From Candidatus Saccharimonadales bacterium (GTDB lineage: Bacteria > Patescibacteriota > Saccharimonadia > Saccharimonadales > JANWIN01): 64,000 nt of DNA. Position numbers and translations under genes: made by a program. The notes beneath the pieces were generated by a model, which saw only the letters and a list, made by a program, of their open reading frames with translations, ran no database searches and was not told the DNA's origin. Every line of letters starts with the position of its first letter. The first letter of the stretch is position 1. The stretch spans positions 68,305-132,304 of the forward strand of contig JBBRLY010000013.1 of the NCBI GenBank assembly GCA_038231155.1, read 5' to 3'. Positions 1 through 10,059 of this stretch are shown here, piece by piece.

Positions 1-239
1 ATAAACCTGGTACTTCGGCTGAAAACCCATATGGTTTTAGTGGCCAGTTGGCTCTTCGTGAACAATTGACTATTGAAGGTGAAGTTAGTAACTTATTGCG
101 ACAAGCCCGAAGCTTTACTACAGAAGAAATTGAGACAGCCGCCATAAAAAGCGGTATGACCACAATGCTTCAAGATGGCATTTTAAAAGTGATCGCTGGT
201 CAAACTGCAATTGAAGAAGTTTACCGAGTTGTTGGCTGA
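1..239 (+). CDS. 3' end of a PilB/GspE-family type II/IV secretion ATPase (5'-truncated by window edge)
   Basis: Frame 3 is open from the window edge. The tail ...YGFSGQLALREQL...MTTMLQDGILKVIAGQTAIEEVYRVVG resembles the GYxGRxxIxE ... TSxEEV C-terminus of PilB/GspE ATPases. Confidence 0.55.
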   Translation, partial: KPGTSAENPYGFSGQLALREQLTIEGEVSNLLRQARSFTTEEIETAAIKSGMTTMLQDGILKVIAGQTAIEEVYRVVG

Positions 240-240
240 G

Positions 241-1032
241 CTAAGCTGCCGTAGCCAATTCACCCAATCTATGGAGCCTAAGTTTAAATTGTTCTAAGGA
301 AGACACCCAACCGAATTCTTGCCCAGTGTTTTCAAGATGCTGTTTTGTAACCGGCCTATCGTCAATAAGATAAAGTCCCATTTGATTATCGACATCACCA
401 GTTACTAAATTATTAACACCAAAGAAGTCTGGCAGTAATTGATTATCGCTGTTTCTCAGTAATTTATCTGTTACATCTACGAATACCTGCAGTTGCTCAC
501 TTAACGCTGGCTTTCGATCCCGTAACAATGTCCAATCGCTAGGCGTGATTTTTAACATGTCATGCATATTAGTAACCCGCGGTTGAACGGTGGCTAAGCA
601 ATGCCGATGGTCGCCTTTGAAGGGAGAATCTGCAGTAATAATCGAAGCATCCATAGATGTCGGTTTAGTATAATTTTGAATTGAAAATTTTAACTGTTCT
701 TTTATTCGTTCAGTGTGCTCCGATAGTTTTTCGTCGGCATCATCTAAACTGGAGCGGTCAACCTTAATCACAAAATCAGACTGTCGAGAGTCGGTTAAAA
801 CTATTTGTTGGCAGCCGCCTCCCAACCTGATTAAAGGCTGCCTTACAAGTAGTTTGTCGAACCACTTATCATCAACTAGAGCTTGTGCTCCTTTTGTTAC
901 CGCTAAGGCACCAATGTACGGAATACGAATGCAAGCGGCTTTATTGGCACGTATAACCAAAGATTCAGCTAAAGATCGATTTGCAGCTTCAGTTAATAGT
1001 TTTTCAGAACGTTCAGCAACTTTTGGAAACAT
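241..1032 (-). CDS. hypothetical protein (263 aa)
   Basis: Long ORF with ordinary composition. LLPDFFGVNNLV...LYLIDDRP is only loosely kinase-like, so no function is assigned. Confidence 0.5.
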   Translation of the reverse strand: MFPKVAERSEKLLTEAANRSLAESLVIRANKAACIRIPYIGALAVTKGAQALVDDKWFDKLLVRQPLIRLGGGCQQIVLTDSRQSDFVIKVDRSSLDDADEKLSEHTERIKEQLKFSIQNYTKPTSMDASIITADSPFKGDHRHCLATVQPRVTNMHDMLKITPSDWTLLRDRKPALSEQLQVFVDVTDKLLRNSDNQLLPDFFGVNNLVTGDVDNQMGLYLIDDRPVTKQHLENTGQEFGWVSSLEQFKLRLHRLGELATAA

Positions 1033-1072
1033 TTTAATAATACTATCACTATAAGAAGATACATTAATAGCA

Positions 1073-2206
1073 CTATTTTATAACTTTAGCAATTGCTGGA
1101 ACTAGTTTCTTATCTAAAACACTAGGTATTATTTTATTTGCTGTAGGGTTTTTAACAAGACTAGCTATAACTTCAGCAGCGGCAACTTTGTGATCATCAG
1201 TAATTTTGTTTACGCCGTTATCTAAAGCTCCGCGAAAAATGCCCGGAAAGGCTAGGGCGTTATTAACTTGATTTGGAAAATCACTTCGACCAGTGGCTAC
1301 TACTGCTGCCCCGGCTTGTTTAGCAATGTCAGGCATAATTTCAGGTAGTGGATTGGCCATCGCAAAAACTATTGGTTTTTTAGCCATATGCGTTATCATC
1401 TTTGCTGTTAATAGGTTTGGTTTTGAAACACCAATAAAAACGTCAGCGTTCTTGATGGCATCCTCTAAACTACCATTTAAATTGTGCGGATTAGTGTATT
1501 TAAGTAGTTTTTTCTTTTGATCATTAAGATCTTTACGATTTTTACTAATAATACCCTTACTATCCACTGCTAAAATCTTTGGTCGGGAGTATTTATAAAG
1601 TAATTTAATAACTGCTGTACCAGCTGCGCCTGAACCTACTATAACGAAATTACTATTCTTAAGTTGGCGATTAGTGACTTTCATGGCATTGATTAGTCCA
1701 GCTAGCACTACTATAGCCGTACCATGCTGGTCGTCGTGCATTACCGGGATATTAACTATGTCCTTAATTCGATCCTCGACTTCAAAACATAAAGGAGCGG
1801 CAATATCTTCTAAATTTATACCTCCAAAACTCGGTGCAATGGCGCAGACAGCAGCCACTATTTCGTCAGCAGAGTGAACATTCAAAACTATCGGCACAGC
1901 ATCAATATTGGCAAAATACTTAAATAACATTGCCTTGCCTTCCATTACTGGTAGTGCCCCTAATGGGCCTATGTTGCCAAGACCTAGTACTGCAGATCCA
2001 TCGCTAACCACGGCCACATTATTACTAAGCCAAGTATATTGTTTGGCTTTTTCAGGATTTTTAGCCACAAAACTGGATACTGCTGCCACTCCAGGTGTGT
2101 AATAAATACTTAGTTTAGTTTGAGAGTCTAGGGTATCTTTTAGACTTACGGCGATTTTACCGCGCAATTTCAAATGTTTTTTTAGGGCTTCGTCACCGAA
2201 ATTCAT
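1073..2206 (-). CDS. NAD(P)-dependent malic enzyme (short form)
   Basis: YTPGVA...[33 protein letters not shown] and the GSGAAG Rossmann motif are typical of malic enzymes. Confidence 0.85.
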   Translation of the reverse strand: MNFGDEALKKHLKLRGKIAVSLKDTLDSQTKLSIYYTPGVAAVSSFVAKNPEKAKQYTWLSNNVAVVSDGSAVLGLGNIGPLGALPVMEGKAMLFKYFANIDAVPIVLNVHSADEIVAAVCAIAPSFGGINLEDIAAPLCFEVEDRIKDIVNIPVMHDDQHGTAIVVLAGLINAMKVTNRQLKNSNFVIVGSGAAGTAVIKLLYKYSRPKILAVDSKGIISKNRKDLNDQKKKLLKYTNPHNLNGSLEDAIKNADVFIGVSKPNLLTAKMITHMAKKPIVFAMANPLPEIMPDIAKQAGAAVVATGRSDFPNQVNNALAFPGIFRGALDNGVNKITDDHKVAAAEVIASLVKNPTANKIIPSVLDKKLVPAIAKVIK

Positions 2207-2300
2207 GTGTTTATTTTACGTCTATTTGGAATTTCTTGACTGTTTTATTATCACAACAGAAATTGTGTTTTCATAATTAGTAATAATAGACAGCTTAGTC

Positions 2301-2329
2301 TTGCTAATTCAGATGAAATAGTCTAAAAT
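2301..2329 (+). promoter_or_regulatory. sigma70-like promoter for rplS (TTGCTA-N17-TAAAAT)
   Basis: TTGCTA at 2301-2306 and TAAAAT at 2324-2329. The ATG lies 9 nt downstream and there is no SD. Confidence 0.45.
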
Positions 2330-2338
2330 CAGTCAGTT

Positions 2339-2869
2339 ATGCAATCTGTTATTAATAAAATTGAAGCAAAATATAAGAAACGCCAGGTAGTCGATGTTAT
2401 GCCTGGTGATACCGTGCGAGTTCACCAAAAAATTCGGGAAGGTAACAAAGAGCGCGTTCAGATTTTTGAAGGTTTAGTTATTAGGGCCAGCCGTAAGCAA
2501 AGCCATACATCTACAATTGCCGTCCGTCGGATTGCTAGCGGTATCGGAGTAGAAAAAACTTATTTATTACACTCACCACTTATTTTAAAAGTTGAAATTA
2601 CTAAAAGAAGTAAAGTTCGTAGGAATTATCTGACCTATATGCGCAAACGAACTGGTAAATCGGCTCGCCTAGCTGGAGTAGGTTTTGATAAAGAGGCAGT
2701 AAACGCAATTCATGACGAACAAGCTGAAGCCGAAGAAGAAAAGCTTAAAGAAGAAACTGCCAAAAAGGCTGAAGCCGATGTTGCCAAGAAAGCCGAAGTA
2801 GAAGCTAAACTTGAAGCCAAGGCCGAAGCCGCATTAGCTGCACATAAAAATAAGTCCGAAGAAGAATAA
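2339..2869 (+). CDS. rplS: ribosomal protein bL19 with Ala/Glu/Lys-rich C-terminal extension
   Basis: VVDVMPGDTVRVHQKIREGNKERVQIFEGLVI is the bL19 core. About 55 extra residues of AEAEEEKLKEE...KAEAALAA follow. Confidence 0.9.
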   Translation: MQSVINKIEAKYKKRQVVDVMPGDTVRVHQKIREGNKERVQIFEGLVIRASRKQSHTSTIAVRRIASGIGVEKTYLLHSPLILKVEITKRSKVRRNYLTYMRKRTGKSARLAGVGFDKEAVNAIHDEQAEAEEEKLKEETAKKAEADVAKKAEVEAKLEAKAEAALAAHKNKSEEE

Positions 2870-2909
2870 CAACTGTTTATTTGCTAGCATTGTTTGCTAT
2901 TATAAAACT

Positions 2910-3497
2910 ATGTCATCAGTTATCGGAGTTGATGAGGTTGGTAGAGGCAGTTGGGCAGGGCCTTTATTAATTGTTGCAGCAAGCTTAAAAACTGAACTTC
3001 CAAGCGGTGTTAAAGACTCTAAATTGTTAACTGCAAGACAACGTCTGGAATTATTTGATCAAATAAAGCAAAATTGTAGTTTAGGTGAAGGTTGGGTTCA
3101 ACCAGAAGAAATAGACCAGCATGGATTAACACAGGCTATGTGCATAGGCGTTAGCCGAGCCCTTATAATGATTGGCGCGTCTAAAGAAGACAATATTATT
3201 ATGGATGGCAAAATTAATTACTGTTCAGATGACTTTAAAAACGTTCAATGCATTATTGATGCCGATAAACTTTACCCGATCGTCAGTGCAGCTAGCGTTT
3301 ACGCAAAAGTTTTACGTGATCAACACATGTCACGTTTAGCCCAAATATATCCTAGGTACGGTTTTGAAAAACATGTTGGTTATGGCACGCATTTGCACGA
3401 TCTGATGTTAAAGGTCTACGGGCCGTGTGCAATACATCGAAGATCATATCTTCCTCTTAGACAGTTTAGGTCTAGTGATTATCAACTAGCTGCTTGA
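2910..3497 (+). CDS. rnhB: ribonuclease HII
   Basis: N-terminal GVDEVGRGSWAGPL catalytic motif; size is typical. Confidence 0.85.
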   Translation: MSSVIGVDEVGRGSWAGPLLIVAASLKTELPSGVKDSKLLTARQRLELFDQIKQNCSLGEGWVQPEEIDQHGLTQAMCIGVSRALIMIGASKEDNIIMDGKINYCSDDFKNVQCIIDADKLYPIVSAASVYAKVLRDQHMSRLAQIYPRYGFEKHVGYGTHLHDLMLKVYGPCAIHRRSYLPLRQFRSSDYQLAA

Positions 3498-6113
3498 ATT
3501 GTAGCTTTTAAAAAAGGTTTTGACTTCCGCCAAAGCCCGCCTTTTCCAAGCAGATTGCCACTCAATCATTTCAATACCTTGTTTATAGGACCGGTCCAGG
3601 ACTGGATTCATAACTGAAATAAAAAACTTTCTATATTCTTTTAAAAACATTTCATCACTAAAACTACGCGCTACAAATGTCGGTGTTCTATAAAAACTGA
3701 GGTCTGTACCTAAATGCTTCTCCAACCATTGCCAGTTATTCTGTAGCCATTGCCAGGTCTGGTATTTGGCATGACGGTTAACTAAACTATAGGCGATCCA
3801 ATAAACTACATCCTGCAAGCGGACATCTTTTGACTTAATTAATGCCAAAGCCTTATCAATAAGTTCCGGTTGTTGAAAGTTGGTTAAGGCAGCTGATAAA
3901 GTTACTTTTTCCTCGCTTAACTTTGCGGCATTATGTAATTTTAGTAATTTATTGAATTCAGGTGCACTTCCCAACCTGGCAATTGTCCCAAAAACTATAC
4001 CCCGCAGGTCTGGGTCTAAGTCAGCACCACGCTTAATATTAGTAGTTGATGGTGTAGTCCTAAGTTCGCTACTAACATCTTCACTGTATTCAATTTTTTT
4101 AAACAGTTCTTGGCAACGTTCGATGACCAACAGTTCATCAGCTGAAGCCGCCAATCCAAGAATGATGGGACGCAATAGTCGATCGAAATGTGTGTCAGAT
4201 TGTTGGCGGTCCCAACCTAAACGCTTAAGTTGAAGGCTAACTAAATCACGTGTGAATGGTTTCATTTGTTCACGTAGCTCTTCGTCGTCCATGACTAAAC
4301 GTAGACTACCAATTACAGAGGCAATACTGTCCCATACAGCATAGTTATCTTCTGATCGGAAATTATCTAAAAAGTGAAGTACATCATCTGTATCCTGATG
4401 CCCAGCCTTGGCAGCCTCCAGCATATCGCAAAGCAAACCGATTCTATCTTCTACCTCTAAATGTCCGGTTTTTAATCGCTCACCTAATCGTTCTAAATGC
4501 GATGAGTTATAACTAACCCGGTAAAATCCACTTTGACTGCTATTTAGTTTAAATTGATGATTGTCTTTATGAGAGTATGATGCCCTAGACGCATTAAGTA
4601 GTTCATCAACACCTGCGATATTTGGTTTTAACGGGATAGGCCAGTTTTGATCCACTAGTTTACTGTGTTTCGGATTAATAAAGAATCGTTTTTGACTGAG
4701 CGAAATACTAGCTGCGTTAACTTCAGCACTAACTAAAGGGAAACCAGGTGCACTAGTCCACTTATGCATAAACTGTTTTACTGGTTTTTTTGAAGCTTCT
4801 TCAAGCGCGGCCCATAAATCTACTGTATCGGTGTTAGCATATGCGTGCTTTTTAAGATAATATTGAAGGCCAATTCGGAAAGCCTGAGGTCCGAGAAAGC
4901 TATGAAGCATATGAATTGCACTGGCGCCTTTGCTATAGCTAATAGCGTCAAATATAGTGCGGATTTCATCCGGATGATTAATGGCCACTTCAATCGAGTG
5001 AGTATGCTCTAAAGCGTCTAGTTTAAGACCTTGTTGCTGTTCATTAACTATAAATTGCGTCCACATTTGCCATTCCGGGAATAGACTGTCAACAGCTAAA
5101 TATTCAATCCAGCTGGCAAAACCTTCGTTTAACCATAAATCATTCCACCAACGCATTGTCACTAAATTGCCGAACCATTGGTGAGCAAGTTCGTGAGCGA
5201 CTACTAAAGCTACATATTGTTTGTTGCCCAGTGATGTATTCTTAGGGTCAACTAGTAATGCTTGTTCTCTAAAAGTTACACAACCCCAGTTTTCCATCGC
5301 ACCGGAAGAAAAGTCTGGTAAGGCAATGAGGTCGCATTTAGGCAAGGGATAATCTATACCGAAGTAATCATTATAAAAATCGAGGCATTTAATAGCTACA
5401 TCTAGGGCAAATTCCGTATACTTAACATTTTCTGGGGTGGCATAGCAGCGTACTGCGACTCCTTGTTTAGTTTTAGCTTCCAAAAAACCCAGCTTACCAT
5501 ATACAAAGGCCAGCAAATATGTAGACATATGAGGCGTAGTGGAGAAACCAACCTTTATTAAATTTTTATCAACTATTTCCTGACTTTCTATTGGTGTATT
5601 GGATATTACCGCTTCCGATTTTGGTACCGTTAAAGATAAGTCAAAGGTTGCCTTGGCTTCCGGTTCATCAATACATGGGAAAACCTCGCGGGCATGATGG
5701 CTTTCAAATTGGGTGGCAATAAGTTGGAGGTCTTTCCCTTTGTAATTAAAATTAGATGGATAAATACCATTCATTTGAGCCGTAATTTTACCGTTAAAAT
5801 TAAGACTAACGGTGTACTGACCAGGGTATAAAAGCTCAGAACTATGAATTCTTAATTCTTGAAAGTTTTTATGAGTATTAATACGCTTGATTTTGAGCTC
5901 ATGATCACCACGCTTATCATGAAACGTTAAATGTGCACTAGTTATATTTAAACCGCTTTGATGCATCGTCAGCCGCTTAGATGGTCGGTCAGTTTTTTGG
6001 CCAGCTATAATTACACTACCTTTAAAGGTCATATTAGCGCGGTTAGGGCTAAGCTCTAAAATATAATGCTTCGGCTGAAACTGACCGAACAGCCGAGTAA
6101 CTTTTTTAGCCAT
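3486..6113 (-). CDS. pepN: M1-family aminopeptidase N
   Basis: GAMENWG exopeptidase motif and HELAHQWFGNLVTMRWWNDLWLNEGFA (HExxH-x18-E). Confidence 0.9.
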   Translation of the reverse strand: MAKKVTRLFGQFQPKHYILELSPNRANMTFKGSVIIAGQKTDRPSKRLTMHQSGLNITSAHLTFHDKRGDHELKIKRINTHKNFQELRIHSSELLYPGQYTVSLNFNGKITAQMNGIYPSNFNYKGKDLQLIATQFESHHAREVFPCIDEPEAKATFDLSLTVPKSEAVISNTPIESQEIVDKNLIKVGFSTTPHMSTYLLAFVYGKLGFLEAKTKQGVAVRCYATPENVKYTEFALDVAIKCLDFYNDYFGIDYPLPKCDLIALPDFSSGAMENWGCVTFREQALLVDPKNTSLGNKQYVALVVAHELAHQWFGNLVTMRWWNDLWLNEGFASWIEYLAVDSLFPEWQMWTQFIVNEQQQGLKLDALEHTHSIEVAINHPDEIRTIFDAISYSKGASAIHMLHSFLGPQAFRIGLQYYLKKHAYANTDTVDLWAALEEASKKPVKQFMHKWTSAPGFPLVSAEVNAASISLSQKRFFINPKHSKLVDQNWPIPLKPNIAGVDELLNASRASYSHKDNHQFKLNSSQSGFYRVSYNSSHLERLGERLKTGHLEVEDRIGLLCDMLEAAKAGHQDTDDVLHFLDNFRSEDNYAVWDSIASVIGSLRLVMDDEELREQMKPFTRDLVSLQLKRLGWDRQQSDTHFDRLLRPIILGLAASADELLVIERCQELFKKIEYSEDVSSELRTTPSTTNIKRGADLDPDLRGIVFGTIARLGSAPEFNKLLKLHNAAKLSEEKVTLSAALTNFQQPELIDKALALIKSKDVRLQDVVYWIAYSLVNRHAKYQTWQWLQNNWQWLEKHLGTDLSFYRTPTFVARSFSDEMFLKEYRKFFISVMNPVLDRSYKQGIEMIEWQSAWKRRALAEVKTFFKSYNSSS

Positions 6114-6148
6114 TATAGACTATTTTAACACGCCCATCAGGTGTAGAA

Positions 6149-6177
6149 TTGACATTTTCGAATTTTTTGCATAGAAT
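6149..6177 (+). promoter_or_regulatory. strong sigma70-like promoter upstream of nusA (TTGACA-N17-TAGAAT)
   Basis: TTGACA at 6149-6154, a 17-nt spacer, TAGAAT at 6172-6177. Confidence 0.55.
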
Positions 6178-6188
6178 AATGTTTGATG

Positions 6189-6212
6189 TCCGGCCTCTAG
6201 GTCGGATTTTTT
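6189..6212 (+). terminator. intrinsic-terminator-like hairpin plus U6 in the nusA 5' leader (candidate attenuator)
   Basis: TCCGGCC-tcta-GGTCGGA (7 bp, one G.U) followed by TTTTTT. It lies about 5 nt after the predicted TSS and 49 nt before the nusA ATG. Confidence 0.5.
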
Positions 6213-6260
6213 AAATTATAGAAACTTACAATTACTTTAAGATATATATAAGGAGAGATT

Positions 6261-7424
6261 ATGGAACTCGATATGAAACAACTGGCCGTTGCCGTAAGGG
6301 CAATTGCCGAAGAAAAAAATCTACCCGAAGAAACAGTTCAGGAAGTTGTGGAGCAGGCTTTAGCAGCAGCTTATCGCCGGGATTATGGCGATCGTGAACA
6401 AGAAGTTAGGATTAATATGAATCTTAACAGCGGCGAAGTTGACGCCTATGTTTCTAAAGAAATTGTCAACGAAGTCACAGATGATCGTTTTGAAATAGCT
6501 TTGCCTCAAGCTCAAGTGGTCCGTAAAAACGCTAAAATTGGCGAAACTGTTGAAATTCACGAAAAAGTAACAAACTTTGGACGAGTTGCAGCTCAAACTG
6601 CTAAACAGGTAATTTTACAGCGGCTACGCGAAGCGGAGCGAGAAATTATTATGGCTGAATATGAAGATAAAATCGGCACAGTAATTAACGGTATAGTCAG
6701 TCGCGTAGAAGGGAATATTGCCCGTGTTGAACTCGGTAAGGCACAAGGTATTATGCCCAAAAGCGAGCAAATACAAGGTGAACGATATTATCCTGGTCAA
6801 CGATTGAAAGTATTTTTAAAAGATGTTGAGCGCGGATTCCGTGGACCTCAGTTAGTAGTTAGTCGCGGTAATAACCAGTTTATTGAATGGTTATTTAAAG
6901 CAGAAGTACCTGAGATGGAAAATGGTGCTGTAGAAATTAAGAATGTAGCCAGAGAAGCCGGAGTGCGATCTAAAATTGCCGTTAGTAGCACAGTCCCCGG
7001 TGTTGATCCAGTTGGAACATTTGTGGGTGGTCATGGTACACGTGTTAATGCCGTAATGAGCGAAATAGGCGAACAAGAAAAAATCGATATTGTAGTTTGG
7101 AATGAAGATACCAAGACCTACATTACTAATGCCCTAAGTCCTACCAAAGTCAGTAAAGTTGCTATTGATGAAAAGACTAACAAAGCTACGGTTACAGTAC
7201 CTGAAGATCAATTGAGTATAGCTATTGGTAAAAGCGGCCAAAATGTCCGTCTAGCAAGCAAACTGACTGGCCATGAAATAGATATCGTGAGCGAGAATAC
7301 AGCTGCCCAAAAACCAGAAGCAAAAGCTGAACCAGCTCAACCAAAACTAAAAAAGAAAGAACAGTTAGAAAGCAGTTTACTGGAAGCCATTGAAGAACAC
7401 GGTACTGAGAAAACTGCTAAATAA
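6261..7424 (+). CDS. nusA: transcription termination/antitermination factor NusA
   Basis: N-terminal, S1 and two KH domain patterns (…GIVSRVEGNIARVELGKAQGIMP…, …IAIGKSGQNVRLASKLTG…). SD AAGGAG lies upstream. Confidence 0.9.
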   Translation: MELDMKQLAVAVRAIAEEKNLPEETVQEVVEQALAAAYRRDYGDREQEVRINMNLNSGEVDAYVSKEIVNEVTDDRFEIALPQAQVVRKNAKIGETVEIHEKVTNFGRVAAQTAKQVILQRLREAEREIIMAEYEDKIGTVINGIVSRVEGNIARVELGKAQGIMPKSEQIQGERYYPGQRLKVFLKDVERGFRGPQLVVSRGNNQFIEWLFKAEVPEMENGAVEIKNVAREAGVRSKIAVSSTVPGVDPVGTFVGGHGTRVNAVMSEIGEQEKIDIVVWNEDTKTYITNALSPTKVSKVAIDEKTNKATVTVPEDQLSIAIGKSGQNVRLASKLTGHEIDIVSENTAAQKPEAKAEPAQPKLKKKEQLESSLLEAIEEHGTEKTAK

Positions 7425-7469
7425 GAGGTAAGACTGCTCTGCTAGCTTTTAACCAAAGGCTTAGCTAAA

Positions 7470-7496
7470 TTAGCACTCTTGACGAGTGAGTGCCAA
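7470..7496 (+). promoter_or_regulatory. CIRCE-type inverted repeat (HrcA operator) overlapping the clpC promoter
   Basis: TTAGCACTC-ttgacgagt-GAGTGCCAA against consensus TTAGCACTC-N9-GAGTGCTAA (1 mismatch). The spacer contains the -35 TTGACG (7479-7484). TATAAT is at 7501-7506. Confidence 0.7.
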
Positions 7497-7556
7497 TTGA
7501 TATAATAGTCTTAGCGATTATTTAAAAAACTCGCTAGCAAAGGGTAAGATACTTGC

Positions 7557-10034
7557 ATGATGCCACAAAGTCCTGACTTCCAGGAATTTATAAATCACCT
7601 AACTGACAACGCTCACCAAAGCATTCGTCACGCTGAGGCGATAGCCAGAGGCGTAGGTAGCGCCTATGTAGGTACTGAGCACTTACTACTTGGTGTTTTA
7701 GCACAAGAAACATCAATGGGTGCAAAGATATTAGAAGGTGCTGGGGTAACTTTAGATAGAGCTCGATTGGCTTTGAACTTAACTCCCAAAACTTTAGTAA
7801 TTAATGTTGGTGTAAAAGGCCTTAGTGAAGCAGCTAAGTTGACCTTAAAAATGGCCTATGAAGTCGCCCAAGACTTTAATCAAGATTTTTGCGGCACAGA
7901 GCATATTTTATATAGCTTACTTAATCAGAAGAATGCTCAAGCTACCAAGCTAATTCGTGACATGAACGTCGATGTTGATAAATTATTGGGCGAACTAGAA
8001 CAATTTTTAAACCGTCAGCAGTATGAAGACAGTGATAGCGCAAGCACTAGAAGACGTGGTAAAAGAGCTCGAAAAACGGCCATAGATTATTATGGTACAG
8101 ATATGACTATGCAGGCCACAGACGGTGAATTAGATCCAGTAGTCGGACGCGAATCACAAATACGCCGGGTCATAACGATTTTGAACCGACGTACAAAAAA
8201 TAACCCAGTCTTGATTGGTGAACCAGGTGTAGGCAAAACAGCGATAGTTGAAGGCTTAGCCCAACGGATTGTTGCCGAAGATGTACCAGACGGTCTAATT
8301 GATAAAAGATTAGTAATGCTCGATTTGGCCGGTATGATAGCTGGGACTAAATATCGGGGTGAATTTGAAGAACGATTAAAAAAAGTCATGGCTGAACTTG
8401 AAAATGACAAGAAAGTTATTGTATTTATTGACGAACTTCATTTAATAGTAGGCGCTGGAGCGGCAGAAGGCGCCTTAGACGCTGGTAATATTCTTAAACC
8501 AGCGCTTGCTCGAGGTAAAATTCAACTTATTGGTGCTACAACCACGACTGAATATACCAAGCATATTGAAAAGGATGCAGCGCTAGAGCGACGTTTCCAG
8601 CCGATTCAAGTACCGGAAGCTACCCCAAGTGAAACTTTAGCTATATTAAAAGGCCTGCGTAAGCATTATGAGAAGTTCCATAATGTTAGCATTAGTGACG
8701 AAGTACTAGCTGATACTGTAACTTTAGCAAAGCGCTATATTAATGATCGTTTCATGCCGGATAAAGCTATTGATTTACTTGACGAAACCGCCGCTTACTT
8801 ACGCGTTGACAAAGGCAAAACACCGCCAGAAGTCCGCAAACTACAAAAAGAACTGAAACTGGTTAACACCCGTATTGATGACGCCGTAGATGCCGAGGAT
8901 TATGAAAAGGCAGCTCGATATAAGACCAGAGCTAGCCAGATTAACGATGAGCTAAAGAAACTACATTCCAGCGGTAAAGCGGTAAATAAACTAACTATGA
9001 CCAGCGACGATGTTGCTGAAGTAGTCGCTCGCATGACCGGAGTACCAGTCAAGAAAGTTATCAGAAGCGAAGCTAAGTACCTGTTAAATTTAGAAAAATC
9101 ACTGGCTAAATACGTAGTTGGTCAAGATGAAGCTGTTCAAGCCGTGTCCCAGGCTGTGCGTCGTAATCGTATGGGTATTAGTAGTGGTCAGCGCCCTATA
9201 GGTTCATTTATATTCTTAGGCCCAACTGGCGTCGGCAAAACGGAGTTAGCTCGAGTACTGGCTCGCGAATTTTTTGGAAGTGAGGAAGCACTTGTTAAAA
9301 TCGATATGAGTGAATTCGGCGAACATCACAACGTATCTAGACTTGTCGGTGCACCGGCTGGTTATGTCGGCTATGACGACGGTGGCCAGTTAACTGATAA
9401 AATCCGACGACATCCATATAGTTTGGTTCTATTTGACGAAATAGAAAAAGCTCATCCCGATGTCTTTAACATGTTGCTTCAAATACTTGAGGACGGATCT
9501 TTAACAGATGCTAAGGGACGTAAAATTGACTTCACCAATACAATTGTGATTATGACTAGTAACATTGGTGCACAAAAACTTCAAAAAGAAGCGTCTCTTG
9601 GATTTCATGCTACCAGCCAAGGGGATATGAAAGGCCTTGATGAACTGCACGCTTTTAATAAAAGTAAAGTTCAAGATGATCTCAAAAAGACAATGCGTCC
9701 GGAGCTACTGAACCGAATCGATAAAACTATAGTCTTTCGGGCATTAACTAAAAAAGATGTAATGAAGATTCTAGATATCCAAATTGAAGATTTGCGCCAG
9801 AGGCTAGTAAAACACGGTCTCGGTGTAGAGCTTACGCCGGCCGCCAAACAATATCTTATTGATGAAGGATATGATGCCCATAATGGTGTAAGACCCTTGC
9901 GCCGTTTGTTGCAGGATACACTAGAAGATCATATCGCCTTGAGTATGTTAGACAATCAGTATTTGAAGGGTGATATCGTCCAAGTCGGTATGCGTGATAA
10001 GAATCTCAACTACTCCGCCGTTCAAGAATCTTAA
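7557..10034 (+). CDS. clpC: ATP-dependent Clp protease ATP-binding subunit ClpC
   Basis: Double Clp_N repeat, two AAA+ modules (GEPGVGKT, GPTGVGKT) and a UVR-like linker (EDYEKAARYKTRASQ). Confidence 0.9.
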   Translation: MMPQSPDFQEFINHLTDNAHQSIRHAEAIARGVGSAYVGTEHLLLGVLAQETSMGAKILEGAGVTLDRARLALNLTPKTLVINVGVKGLSEAAKLTLKMAYEVAQDFNQDFCGTEHILYSLLNQKNAQATKLIRDMNVDVDKLLGELEQFLNRQQYEDSDSASTRRRGKRARKTAIDYYGTDMTMQATDGELDPVVGRESQIRRVITILNRRTKNNPVLIGEPGVGKTAIVEGLAQRIVAEDVPDGLIDKRLVMLDLAGMIAGTKYRGEFEERLKKVMAELENDKKVIVFIDELHLIVGAGAAEGALDAGNILKPALARGKIQLIGATTTTEYTKHIEKDAALERRFQPIQVPEATPSETLAILKGLRKHYEKFHNVSISDEVLADTVTLAKRYINDRFMPDKAIDLLDETAAYLRVDKGKTPPEVRKLQKELKLVNTRIDDAVDAEDYEKAARYKTRASQINDELKKLHSSGKAVNKLTMTSDDVAEVVARMTGVPVKKVIRSEAKYLLNLEKSLAKYVVGQDEAVQAVSQAVRRNRMGISSGQRPIGSFIFLGPTGVGKTELARVLAREFFGSEEALVKIDMSEFGEHHNVSRLVGAPAGYVGYDDGGQLTDKIRRHPYSLVLFDEIEKAHPDVFNMLLQILEDGSLTDAKGRKIDFTNTIVIMTSNIGAQKLQKEASLGFHATSQGDMKGLDELHAFNKSKVQDDLKKTMRPELLNRIDKTIVFRALTKKDVMKILDIQIEDLRQRLVKHGLGVELTPAAKQYLIDEGYDAHNGVRPLRRLLQDTLEDHIALSMLDNQYLKGDIVQVGMRDKNLNYSAVQES

Positions 10035-10059
10035 GCGGTAATTTTGCTATACTGGCGCT

